From: an uncultured Candidatus Saccharibacteria bacterium | GTDB taxonomy: Bacteria > Patescibacteriota > Saccharimonadia > Saccharimonadales > JAGQNJ01 | Direction of reading: 5' to 3' | DNA: 64,000 nucleotides | Assembly: GCA_965231045.1 (NCBI GenBank) | Contig: OZ246406.1 | Coordinates: 578,208 to 642,207 of the forward strand | Part shown: one piece after another, positions 53,481 through 62,117 of the stretch | How the letters are laid out: every line of letters starts with the position of its first letter | Numbering within the stretch: position 1 is the stretch's first letter | Notes under the pieces: model-generated | Told to the model about the DNA's origin: nothing | Seen by the model: only the letters and a program-made list of their open reading frames with translations | The model's database searches: none | Made by a program: the position numbers and the translations under genes

Positions 53481-55035
53481 GATATTTTTTCCGTTCAAAC
53501 AGTTTTATTATATGCCCTTCTGAGCTTTCACCTTCTTTTTCGTCCACATTAACATCAATATCATCGGCTTTTTCTAGCTTCTCTCCCCGATCATCTCTTT
53601 CGGTACAATTTTTACAAATACTACATGGGCCAACTTTTGTTTTGCCTGGTCTAGTCTTACAATCTTTGATAATACAAACGCCTATTTTCCATTCCCATTT
53701 TTCTTTAGGAATATCCCCTTCAAACTTACCGCCGTATGCTTCCTGAGGATTGATATTTTTGATACCCATAATTTCTTCTTTTGTTATCCCGCCTAAGACA
53801 CTTTTCTCGGCAAGATCTATATTGCCAGGGCAGCCTCCATAGGATCGTTTTTCGGCAATCCCTGTGCGAATATTTTGCGCCAGCAGTTGGTCTACATTTA
53901 TAGGGGCTGTATGCATATAGCGCATCGCGTGGGGCTTAACTTGAAGTTGATTTGTAGTTTTTACTCTTGGCTTTAATGACTCCGCCAAACCTTTACGCAT
54001 TTCTTCGGCCACGGCATAACGAATAACTGAATCTAATAAACTACCATCCTCATCACTCAAGAATTTCGAGTTACTTATGCGCATGAGTTGCTGGCGAATA
54101 TCGGACTTAAGCTGACTATTATTTTCGTGAACTGTTTGGGCAAAACTCCTTAACACATCATTGTTTTTACCCGTATAAACCGCCTCCGCCAACGGAATAT
54201 AATAATGATCAAAGAATTGTCTGAGCACTTTCTCGCTCGATTCCATATATCTCGTAACTGAATGTTTATTAGTAACTTTATTAATCCGCTTGTTATATTC
54301 AACTCGCATTTTCTTAACAAACTCATGTGCCTCATCAGAAGTTGCTTGTATAATTTTGCGATGCTTAAGCCATGTGTTGTCTGACTCATCTTCAGGAATA
54401 GACATACCATTTTCTTCAAGCAAAGCTCTAAATTTGTCTTTGTCAGTAACCTCAAAAGAGAATGATCCAGTTGTGAGCGTTCCATCATCATTCATCGAGT
54501 AGGTTTGAACATACACAAGGAACTCTTTATAGCCAAATTTCTTGTCATAAATTTCTGGATGGTCTTTTAAGTCTTTTTGAGCGGCAAAGCTCACTCCCCA
54601 CAGTGTCTGACCGGGTAGTAATTTATCGTTGTCTTTACCAACTTCTTCATCAATCTCGTCTCTTGTTGCTTGGCCTTGGTATCTTTTATCTAGCTTAGCC
54701 ATTTTAGCTGAAGCAAGAGCGCCATTTCTAAGCACATCGACCATTGGCTGACCATCACGAGCCCGAACTTTGTTATCAATAACCGCGTGGGTTCTAATGT
54801 TATTTATTTCAAGTTGTTCGCCAAATTCTTTATCAGTTTTGAGCATTTCTGCTTCGGCAGTCGCAAAATCATCAAAAGCTAAATCTAGGATGGTTTCTTT
54901 ATACTCAACATCAACAGTTGGCTCAACGGCTACATGTCCAAGCTTACGCAAAGTTGAAAGTGAATGCGCATACACTTCTGGTTGCGTTCCTTCCCTCAAT
55001 TTTGGTTCTAGTTCTACCACTTCGGCTAGTGACAT
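53434..55035 (-). CDS. Uncharacterised 533-aa cytoplasmic protein with C-terminal Cys cluster (C-x4-C-x11-C-x2-C-x2-C)
   Basis: Long ORF with no signal peptide and no family recognised. It lies immediately downstream of the cobalamin-riboswitch-like leader. Confidence 0.6.
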   Translation of the reverse strand: MSLAEVVELEPKLREGTQPEVYAHSLSTLRKLGHVAVEPTVDVEYKETILDLAFDDFATAEAEMLKTDKEFGEQLEINNIRTHAVIDNKVRARDGQPMVDVLRNGALASAKMAKLDKRYQGQATRDEIDEEVGKDNDKLLPGQTLWGVSFAAQKDLKDHPEIYDKKFGYKEFLVYVQTYSMNDDGTLTTGSFSFEVTDKDKFRALLEENGMSIPEDESDNTWLKHRKIIQATSDEAHEFVKKMRVEYNKRINKVTNKHSVTRYMESSEKVLRQFFDHYYIPLAEAVYTGKNNDVLRSFAQTVHENNSQLKSDIRQQLMRISNSKFLSDEDGSLLDSVIRYAVAEEMRKGLAESLKPRVKTTNQLQVKPHAMRYMHTAPINVDQLLAQNIRTGIAEKRSYGGCPGNIDLAEKSVLGGITKEEIMGIKNINPQEAYGGKFEGDIPKEKWEWKIGVCIIKDCKTRPGKTKVGPCSICKNCTERDDRGEKLEKADDIDVNVDEKEGESSEGHIIKLFERKKYHELPREHQQPEAIAA

Positions 55036-55165
55036 AAAAAATCCTGCTCGTTGAGCAGGGATAGAATGGTTGTCTTTCGCTCCTGCTCGGGAGACTTTCT
55101 TAGGCTGTATCGGGCTTTAACCGTTGCGGCACAGCGTAGGAATTTCACCTACTTCCAGCTTATTT
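55036..55165 (-). promoter_or_regulatory. Cobalamin (B12) riboswitch candidate with intrinsic-terminator expression platform
   Basis: The minus strand reads GGAAGTAGGTGAAATTCCTACGCTGTGCCGCAACGGTTAAAGCCCGATACAGCC. This matches the conserved GGAA..GGTGAAAxTCC..GC.G..CCGC.AC.GT.A core and a B12-box-like AGCCCGAxAC.GCC. It is followed by GAGCAGG...CCTGCTC-aac-GAGCAGG-ATTTTTT and then the ATG. Confidence 0.65.
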
Positions 55166-55232
55166 ATTTTGTTAAGTAATAGTAGTATATCACCAACTAA
55201 ACACACTATATGTAGTAGTTTTGGCTATATTT

Positions 55233-56042
55233 TTAGCGAATAAAAGCAATGGCAAGTATTAGTATACCTAAGGCTACACGATAATATGCAAATAGATTTA
55301 GCGTGTGCTTTGATAAGTACTTAAGCAAAAATTGAATTGCGAATATTCCACTAATAAAGGCTGAAAGAATTCCGGCAATAAATAAACCCTTCTCACTTCC
55401 AACTGAACTTATTGCTGACTTTTTCAATAGCGTGTCGAGGATTGCGCCAAACATGATTGGAATCCCGAGTAAGAACGAAAACCGGGTTGCCGCCACGCGG
55501 TCCATTCTCGCGAATAAACCAGTGGTTATCGTTGCGCCAGATCGTGAAACTCCCGGCACAATTGCCAATGCTTGGGCTGCGCCGATTGCCAGTGATTGTT
55601 TGAGAGTAACATCTTCTGACTCTGTCTTTTTCTTAACCCTTTTGGCATACCACTCAGCCAAGAACATAATCCCTCCAGCAACAATCAATGAGCAGGCAAC
55701 TAGTTTTGACGATCGAAATGTTGACTCGGCCGTGTCTTTAAGTAAGAATCCGGCTACGGCCGCCGGGACTGTTGCCAGAACCAAAAACCAAGCCAGTTTA
55801 AACTCTTTGGCTTGTTTATTAAATACAGCTTTTATTAGTGTCCAAATGTCCTTATGAAAATAAATTAATAATGCAGTTAGCGTGCCGATATTTAATGCCA
55901 TATCAAATAAGAATCCGGCTTGGGCAGTTTGATTAACTCCTAACCACTGATGAAACAAAATTAAGTGGCCTGAGCTAGACACAGGGATAAACTCAGTTAA
56001 GCCTTGAACAATTCCTAATATAATCGCTTGGATAATATTCAT
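55233..56042 (-). CDS. uppP: Undecaprenyl-diphosphate phosphatase
   Basis: Has the BacA signatures GLTEFIPVSSSGHL and PGVSRSGATI. Confidence 0.9.
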   Translation of the reverse strand: MNIIQAIILGIVQGLTEFIPVSSSGHLILFHQWLGVNQTAQAGFLFDMALNIGTLTALLIYFHKDIWTLIKAVFNKQAKEFKLAWFLVLATVPAAVAGFLLKDTAESTFRSSKLVACSLIVAGGIMFLAEWYAKRVKKKTESEDVTLKQSLAIGAAQALAIVPGVSRSGATITTGLFARMDRVAATRFSFLLGIPIMFGAILDTLLKKSAISSVGSEKGLFIAGILSAFISGIFAIQFLLKYLSKHTLNLFAYYRVALGILILAIAFIR

Positions 56043-56074
56043 TCATTAGCCAGTATACATGAGCAATATTGAAC

Positions 56075-57049
56075 TTAGAAGCTACAAGCTGTCGTTCCAG
56101 AATCCAAAGTCTTACCTGACTCGTCGATAAATGCCCAGCGATAGTAATGGTTATACAAATCGAGTTTCAAAAATCCATATTTACCACCAACAATTGCTTC
56201 CTGATTTTTTTCGCTGCCTTTTATGTCATACAAAACTTTGCCGCCAGTCCCAACTGTAAATTGTCTAATGCCATGTGCCTCATCTTTGGTTTGATCAAGT
56301 CGCTGTTTTGCAAAACGCTCATATATATGATCATGCCCGTTAAGCACGACATCCGTACTATGCTCCTGTAATACTTGCCATAAATTACGCCCTCGATTCC
56401 GTTCTGTGGAGTTGTCAAAATACTTTCCAGATGTAAAAACTGGATGATGCCAAAAAGCTAAACTACATTGCTGATTATCCTGGCTTAGTTCTTTCTTTAG
56501 CCAAGTTATTTCATTACTATTATCATCACAGCTACCAATTTTGTCGCAGTTAGAATTTAGGGCAAAGATCTTCCATCCACCAATGTTTTGGCTATAGTAT
56601 GATTGACTGATTTTACTAAATAGCGAGCTATCCTTCCAGAAACCCATATATCCAGCAGCGTTTGGTGTTTCATACTCGTGATTGCCGGGCGCAGGCAAAC
56701 TCTTAGTTTTTAAATCACCCAGGAGAGGCCCAAATACGTTCTGAAAATTAGTAAGTTCACCTTTGTCATATTGTAAATCTCCTAGCAAAAGAACGGCTTC
56801 GGGATTAACGTTTTTAATTTGATTAAGGACTTCTGCTTGATGACAAGTTGTGGTGGTTTTAGGTGCGCCGGCGGGGCAGGCGATATCTCCCAATGCTGCA
56901 ATTGTATGAGGGACTTCTTTATCGCTATTTGCTACTGAGTCAGATAACTGCTGGCTAGTAATTTTCTGAGAATAATAATACAGGCTGGTTAGACCAATCC
57001 CAACTACGATTAAAAAAATAACTCCCAGGATTTTTTTGCGCGTGGTCAT
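56075..57049 (-). CDS. Membrane-anchored calcineurin-like metallophosphoesterase
   Basis: Contains LGDIACP, GDLQYD, GNHEY and GHDHIYER. Confidence 0.75.
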   Translation of the reverse strand: MTTRKKILGVIFLIVVGIGLTSLYYYSQKITSQQLSDSVANSDKEVPHTIAALGDIACPAGAPKTTTTCHQAEVLNQIKNVNPEAVLLLGDLQYDKGELTNFQNVFGPLLGDLKTKSLPAPGNHEYETPNAAGYMGFWKDSSLFSKISQSYYSQNIGGWKIFALNSNCDKIGSCDDNSNEITWLKKELSQDNQQCSLAFWHHPVFTSGKYFDNSTERNRGRNLWQVLQEHSTDVVLNGHDHIYERFAKQRLDQTKDEAHGIRQFTVGTGGKVLYDIKGSEKNQEAIVGGKYGFLKLDLYNHYYRWAFIDESGKTLDSGTTACSF

Positions 57050-57051
57050 TT

Positions 57052-57501
57052 TTATTTCTTCCCTTTTAATGCCGTCAGTCTTGGCATGAAGCTTTGAGCC
57101 GCACCCTCAAGCCCTAAAACCTTTAGGGCACCAACCAAAACATAAAGCTGATCAATAGACATCGTGTCGGCTTTGTTTGTTGATTCAACCTGTTTGAAAA
57201 AATATTCAACTTTCTCAACTAACCACTTTTCTTGAGCCTCAGTTACTTTGTTGGTCGTAACTGGTGCTTTGTCGCTCATGTCTACTACCTCAAGTGAGCG
57301 TGCTTCATGATCACGTTTTACAATATGACCACGTTTAATCAGACTGTTTACGTGTAAAGCCACCGTGGCAACGGATGTGTAGTTAAGCCCTACCATAATT
57401 TCGCGATAACTAGGGCTATAGCCATGTTCTTTTATAAAGTTTTCAATAAAACTTAATATTTCTCTTTGTTTTTTAGTTGGACGAACTTTTGAGTTATCCA
57501 T
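57052..57501 (-). CDS. LexA-type winged-helix DNA-binding protein lacking the S24 peptidase domain
   Basis: The N-terminus KKQREILSFIENFIKEHGYSPSYREIMVGLNYTSVATVALHVNSLIKRGHI resembles the LexA DNA-binding domain. The C-terminal half is helical with no Ser/Lys dyad region. Confidence 0.6.
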   Translation of the reverse strand: MDNSKVRPTKKQREILSFIENFIKEHGYSPSYREIMVGLNYTSVATVALHVNSLIKRGHIVKRDHEARSLEVVDMSDKAPVTTNKVTEAQEKWLVEKVEYFFKQVESTNKADTMSIDQLYVLVGALKVLGLEGAAQSFMPRLTALKGKK

Positions 57502-57989
57502 TATTTCTTCCTCGTTGTCTTATACCGAACATGTTTTGATCTGTGTAAATGTGGGGCTGCTGCGCGCTTTGGCCCTGGTGAAGTTTTTTTGGCAAATACC
57601 CAAAGTTTATACCAAACGTAGTTCCAAATAGTAAAGAAACCAGCTGACACAAATTGCCCAATATATGGTGTTATACCGACTTTGTTTAGACTCCAAACAA
57701 TTGCAGTGTCTATACCTAGATTAATAACTGAAAGTAACACATAACGGCCTGTAACCTTTTGGATTTGTTTTTTGGCATTTGTATCGCTAAAGACCCAGAA
57801 TCGCTCCAGAAGAAAATTAACTGTTAACCCAAATATATATGAGGCGATCTTAGCCGGTACAATCCCCCATTTTAGTCCGCTATATAATATGGCAAACATT
57901 GCATAACCGGACCAAAACCAAGCACCACCGGTTAATGCATACTCAATAAGTCGGTTTAAAGTTTTCTTACTTGATTGTTTTTTGCTCAT
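57501..57989 (-). CDS. GtrA-family membrane protein
   Basis: A 4-TM protein with a basic tail and GtrA-like spacing. Confidence 0.7.
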   Translation of the reverse strand: MSKKQSSKKTLNRLIEYALTGGAWFWSGYAMFAILYSGLKWGIVPAKIASYIFGLTVNFLLERFWVFSDTNAKKQIQKVTGRYVLLSVINLGIDTAIVWSLNKVGITPYIGQFVSAGFFTIWNYVWYKLWVFAKKTSPGPKRAAAPHLHRSKHVRYKTTRKK

Positions 57990-58042
57990 AACGCTTGTGA
58001 CTAAGTATACAAGAAAATGGTATAGTTATGGGGTAAAACCCC

Positions 58043-59470
58043 ATGAAGAACAACGCCTCGCTTCTCTACAGTTTATTTTTAATCGTCGGCGATTTCCTAT
58101 CGTTACTATTGGCCTTTGTCAGTGCTTACGTTTTAAGAGTTAAGATTGATGCCCGGCCTATTCTTGAGCCAGTACCGGCCAGAACTTATTTGGCAATTTT
58201 CTTAGTACTAGTCCCATTTTGGCTAATTATCTTCGCTCTACTCGGTCTTTATAACCACAATATCTATGAAAAACGCTTCAGCGAGTTTGGCCGATTACTT
58301 GTTGGTTCATTTATTGGCTTTTTATTTGTACTGTCTTACGCCTATATAAGCCGGAAGGCAATTTTCCCTTCCAGACTGGTTCCTCTTTACGGTTTCATGT
58401 TTGCGTTCTTATTCTTGGTTCTATTCAGAAACTTAGCCAGGGCCCTTAGAACAATGTTCTTTGGATTGCGCTGGGGCATAACCAATGTACTAATTGTCGG
58501 TAATACTGCTATTGCCAAAGAGTTAATTCAATCTCTAGCCGATATTAGACGTTCTGGCTATCAAGTAGTTGGGCTTGTTGGTGGACATGGATCAAAGTCA
58601 GTTCGTAATTTTGGGACATTTAAAGAAGCTATCGCCGGAGTCGGGAAAAATAACATTCACACTATTGTCCAGACCGAGCTTTATGCCGATGCCGATAAAA
58701 ATAACGAAATCCTAACCTATGCCCAAAACAATCACATAGCTTACAAGTTTGTGCCAGGTAACAGTGAATTATTCGTTGGCAACATTGATGTTGAATTGTT
58801 CCGCTCATCAATTCCGGTAATTGCAGTACATCAGACCAAACTGGTTGGCTGGGGACGGGTGGCCAAAAGGTTGTTTGATCTTAGTATTGCCTTGCTGCTC
58901 TTGATACTACTGTCACCATTTTTCCTAATAATGAGCATCTTAATATTTATATTTGATCCAGGCCCAATATTCTTTAGACAAAAGCGAGTCACCAGATACC
59001 ACACGCCATTTAAAATTTACAAATTCCGAACCATGAAGCGCAAATACAATGGTATTACGCCTGAGGAAGCTTTTGAAAAAATGGGCAAGCCAGAGATGGC
59101 TAAGAAGTATCGAGCAAATGGTGACCAATTACCAAATGATCCGCGTATTACACGCATTGGCCGATTTATGCGCCGACTTAGTATCGATGAACTTCCGCAA
59201 ATTATTAATGTTATAAAAGGTGATTTGAGTTTGGTTGGCCCACGCGCGTTAGTGCCTGAGGAAATTTCTGCAGCTGAGGCCAAAGAAAATATTCTTAGCG
59301 TAAAGTCTGGCATCACTGGCTTGGCAGTTGTTTCTGGGCGACGAGACATTCCATATGAAGAACGTCGCAAACTTGATTTGTACTACGTTCAAAACTGGAG
59401 TTTTTGGTTAGACATTGTGATTATCGCAAAAACATTCCGCGCAGTGCTTAGCAGACGAGGCGCTCAGTGA
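58043..59470 (+). CDS. Polyprenyl-phosphate hexose-1-phosphate transferase (WbaP/EpsB-type sugar transferase)
   Basis: The N-terminal TM domain is followed by the C-terminal bacterial sugar transferase core (PGPIFFRQKRVT, KFRTM, DELPQIINVIKGDLSLVGPR). Confidence 0.85.
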   Translation: MKNNASLLYSLFLIVGDFLSLLLAFVSAYVLRVKIDARPILEPVPARTYLAIFLVLVPFWLIIFALLGLYNHNIYEKRFSEFGRLLVGSFIGFLFVLSYAYISRKAIFPSRLVPLYGFMFAFLFLVLFRNLARALRTMFFGLRWGITNVLIVGNTAIAKELIQSLADIRRSGYQVVGLVGGHGSKSVRNFGTFKEAIAGVGKNNIHTIVQTELYADADKNNEILTYAQNNHIAYKFVPGNSELFVGNIDVELFRSSIPVIAVHQTKLVGWGRVAKRLFDLSIALLLLILLSPFFLIMSILIFIFDPGPIFFRQKRVTRYHTPFKIYKFRTMKRKYNGITPEEAFEKMGKPEMAKKYRANGDQLPNDPRITRIGRFMRRLSIDELPQIINVIKGDLSLVGPRALVPEEISAAEAKENILSVKSGITGLAVVSGRRDIPYEERRKLDLYYVQNWSFWLDIVIIAKTFRAVLSRRGAQ

Positions 59471-60585
59471 AAATTGATGAAAACTTAAAAGTTGCGCTGG
59501 TCTGTGACTGGCTTACAGGAATTGGTGGAGCAGAACGATTATTTTTAGAGCTTCACCGTATGTTTCCAAATGCCCCAATTTACACATCACAATACGATCC
59601 CAAAAAAATTGATTGGTTCAAGGATGCTGACGTGCGAACGCTGTGGCTACAAAAGCTGCCCAAAAGTCTAAAGAAATTTCTGCCTGTTCTGCGCGCTCGT
59701 GCTTTTCGAAAACTTGACCTGAGTGAATATGATCTTGTTATTTCGATGACTGGCGCCGAAGCCAAATCTGTAAAAACTGGACCGAATACTATTCATATTT
59801 GTTATTGCAACGCACCTACTCATTATTACTGGAGCCGCTACGACCAATACATGAAAGATCCAGGATTTGGCGCACTGGATTTCTTGGCCAGAATTGGTTT
59901 GAAACTTTTTGTTGGCCCACTTAGAAAATTTGATTACAAAATGGGTCAACATCCTGATTACATGATTGGCAACTCCAAGCACATCGCCGCCGAAATCAAA
60001 AAATACTATGGTCGTGACGTTCCGCACATTTACCCACCAGTTGATTTGGATCGATTCAAACAAGAACTCAACATAAACCGTGAAGGATTTGTTGTGACTG
60101 GACGGCAAACTCCATACAAGAGTGTAGATCTAGCAGTAGGCGCTTGCACAAAGCTTGAGCTTCCACTTACAGTAATTGGTGATGGGCCTGAGCACGATAA
60201 GCTCGTAAAAATGGCCGGACCGACTATCAAATTTTTGGGCCAAGCTCCAGATGAAGACGTCGTTAAGTATTTTCGCAATTCACTCGCCCTTCTATTCCCT
60301 ACTAACGTTGAAGATTTTGGGATCACGGCCGTTGAAGCCTTAGCAGCCGGAACGCCTGTAATCGCATTTAATGGCGGTGGACCAGCTGAGTATATTGAAC
60401 CTGAAAAAAATGGCTTGCTGTTTGACAAACAGTCAGTTGACTCAGTTGTAAATTCGCTCAAAAAATTTCAAACCCTAAAGTTCGATCAAAAAACTATTCA
60501 AGATACTGCTGAGCAATTTTCAATTGATAACTTCAAAAAGAACATTACTGAGTTCGTAGAGAAATGTCTGAAAGGCAAACATTGA
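59467..60585 (+). CDS. Glycosyltransferase family 4
   Basis: Has the EDFGITAVEALAAGTPVIA (E-x7-E) motif and is start-stop coupled to the upstream gene. Confidence 0.8.
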   Translation: MKIDENLKVALVCDWLTGIGGAERLFLELHRMFPNAPIYTSQYDPKKIDWFKDADVRTLWLQKLPKSLKKFLPVLRARAFRKLDLSEYDLVISMTGAEAKSVKTGPNTIHICYCNAPTHYYWSRYDQYMKDPGFGALDFLARIGLKLFVGPLRKFDYKMGQHPDYMIGNSKHIAAEIKKYYGRDVPHIYPPVDLDRFKQELNINREGFVVTGRQTPYKSVDLAVGACTKLELPLTVIGDGPEHDKLVKMAGPTIKFLGQAPDEDVVKYFRNSLALLFPTNVEDFGITAVEALAAGTPVIAFNGGGPAEYIEPEKNGLLFDKQSVDSVVNSLKKFQTLKFDQKTIQDTAEQFSIDNFKKNITEFVEKCLKGKH

Positions 60586-61598
60586 AAACCGTTCTTGTGA
60601 CTGGTGGTGCTGGGTTCATCGGTTCGCACACAGTTGTCGAGTTGGTTAATTCTGGCTACACACCAGTCATAGTTGATGACTTTAGTAATTCTGATCGTTC
60701 AGTCTTAGATCGCTTAGAAAAAATTATTGGTGCAAAGCCCGAGTGCTATGATTGCCGATATCAAGACAAAGAATTCCTAGCTAAGATCTTCAAAGAACAT
60801 AAAGTTGACGGAGTTATTCATTTTGCAGCTTTTAAATCAAATGGTGAATCGCTAGAAAAACCTCTGAAATATTTTCAAAATAATGTGGCTGGGCTTGTGG
60901 TCTTACTTGATGCTATGGAGCAAGCAGGTTTGGCTAATCTAATTTTTTCTTCATCGGCTACAGTATATGGAGAAGCGAAAAAGTTACCGATAACTGAAGA
61001 TTCGCCAGTTATGTCGGCAGCTTCTGCTTATGGCTCATCTAAGCAAATTGGAGAAATCATCGTTCACGATGTTACCAAAGCCAGCAAACATCTAAAGAGT
61101 CTTTCGCTGCGTTACTTTAACCCAATTGGTGCTCACGATTCAGCCTTAATTGGCGAGTTGCCAAAAGGCGTGCCGGCAAATTTAGTACCATTTCTAACTC
61201 AGGCTGCAGCGGGCTTACGTGCTGAGCTAACAGTTTTTGGAAACGATTATCCAACTCCGGATGGAACATGTATTCGTGATTACATACATGTTGTTGATTT
61301 GGCCAAAGCTCATATAAAAGCTCTTGAGTACATAAACAACCAAAAACCTGGATTTAATGATGTCTGTAACATTGGCACAGGCAAAGGTGCGAGCGTAATG
61401 GAAGTTATAAATACGTTTGAAAAATCTACCGGTCAAAAGGTCCCGTACAAAATTGGCCCACGCCGTGAAGGAGATGTCGTAGAATCATACGCCAGCGTAG
61501 ATAAAGCACACGACATGCTTAACTGGAAGGCAGAAAAATCTTTGGCCGAGGCGCTAGCCGATGCTTGGCGCTGGCAACAACAACTTAAGACTACTTAG
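60564..61598 (+). CDS. galE: UDP-glucose 4-epimerase
   Basis: Has [11 protein letters not shown] and a YGSSK (YxxxK) motif. The 344-aa length and C-terminal region are GalE-like. Confidence 0.9.
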   Translation: MSERQTLKTVLVTGGAGFIGSHTVVELVNSGYTPVIVDDFSNSDRSVLDRLEKIIGAKPECYDCRYQDKEFLAKIFKEHKVDGVIHFAAFKSNGESLEKPLKYFQNNVAGLVVLLDAMEQAGLANLIFSSSATVYGEAKKLPITEDSPVMSAASAYGSSKQIGEIIVHDVTKASKHLKSLSLRYFNPIGAHDSALIGELPKGVPANLVPFLTQAAAGLRAELTVFGNDYPTPDGTCIRDYIHVVDLAKAHIKALEYINNQKPGFNDVCNIGTGKGASVMEVINTFEKSTGQKVPYKIGPRREGDVVESYASVDKAHDMLNWKAEKSLAEALADAWRWQQQLKTT

Positions 61599-62046
61599 CT
61601 GGGTGCTTCTCGTGACCTGTGGCCTGGTTTATCCGAGTCGAGCTATCACGCTTTACAACCTTGTCGCTACCGACTCCAAAAACCATTTTGATTCCAAATT
61701 CTTCACAAACTTCAGACTCAGGTACAACTCGCTTACCATCGCGGTCTCCACCGTTTGCAAAAATAATTTGGTCTTTAGGATATTTTACGGCAATTTCACG
61801 TAAGGTTTTAATGACTGGCGGATCTGTGTCAAAAGACAATACTACTTCATCAACTGCTTTTAGTGCAGACATTAATCTTGCGCGGTTCATTTCATCAAGG
61901 ATTATTTTGCCTTTTTTTAGCAACTGCTGCTGGTCATTATTTACAATAACAATTAGGTAATCTCCTAATGCTCGTGCAGCTTCAATCATATCTAAATGTC
62001 CCCCGTGCAACGGGTTAAAGTATCCGCTAACAACTACTCGTTTCAT
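61591..62046 (-). CDS. Cytidylyl/adenylyltransferase-family protein (TagD/RfaE-domain-II-like)
   Basis: Contains SGYFNPLHGGHLDMIE (HxGH nucleotidyltransferase motif). Length is 151 aa. Confidence 0.7.
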   Translation of the reverse strand: MKRVVVSGYFNPLHGGHLDMIEAARALGDYLIVIVNNDQQQLLKKGKIILDEMNRARLMSALKAVDEVVLSFDTDPPVIKTLREIAVKYPKDQIIFANGGDRDGKRVVPESEVCEEFGIKMVFGVGSDKVVKRDSSTRINQATGHEKHPAK

Positions 62047-62117
62047 TAGAACTATAATAACAAAATTGTGGAGATTCCAAAGCGCACATATAATATAAGT
62101 ACAATTAAGGAGTACCT

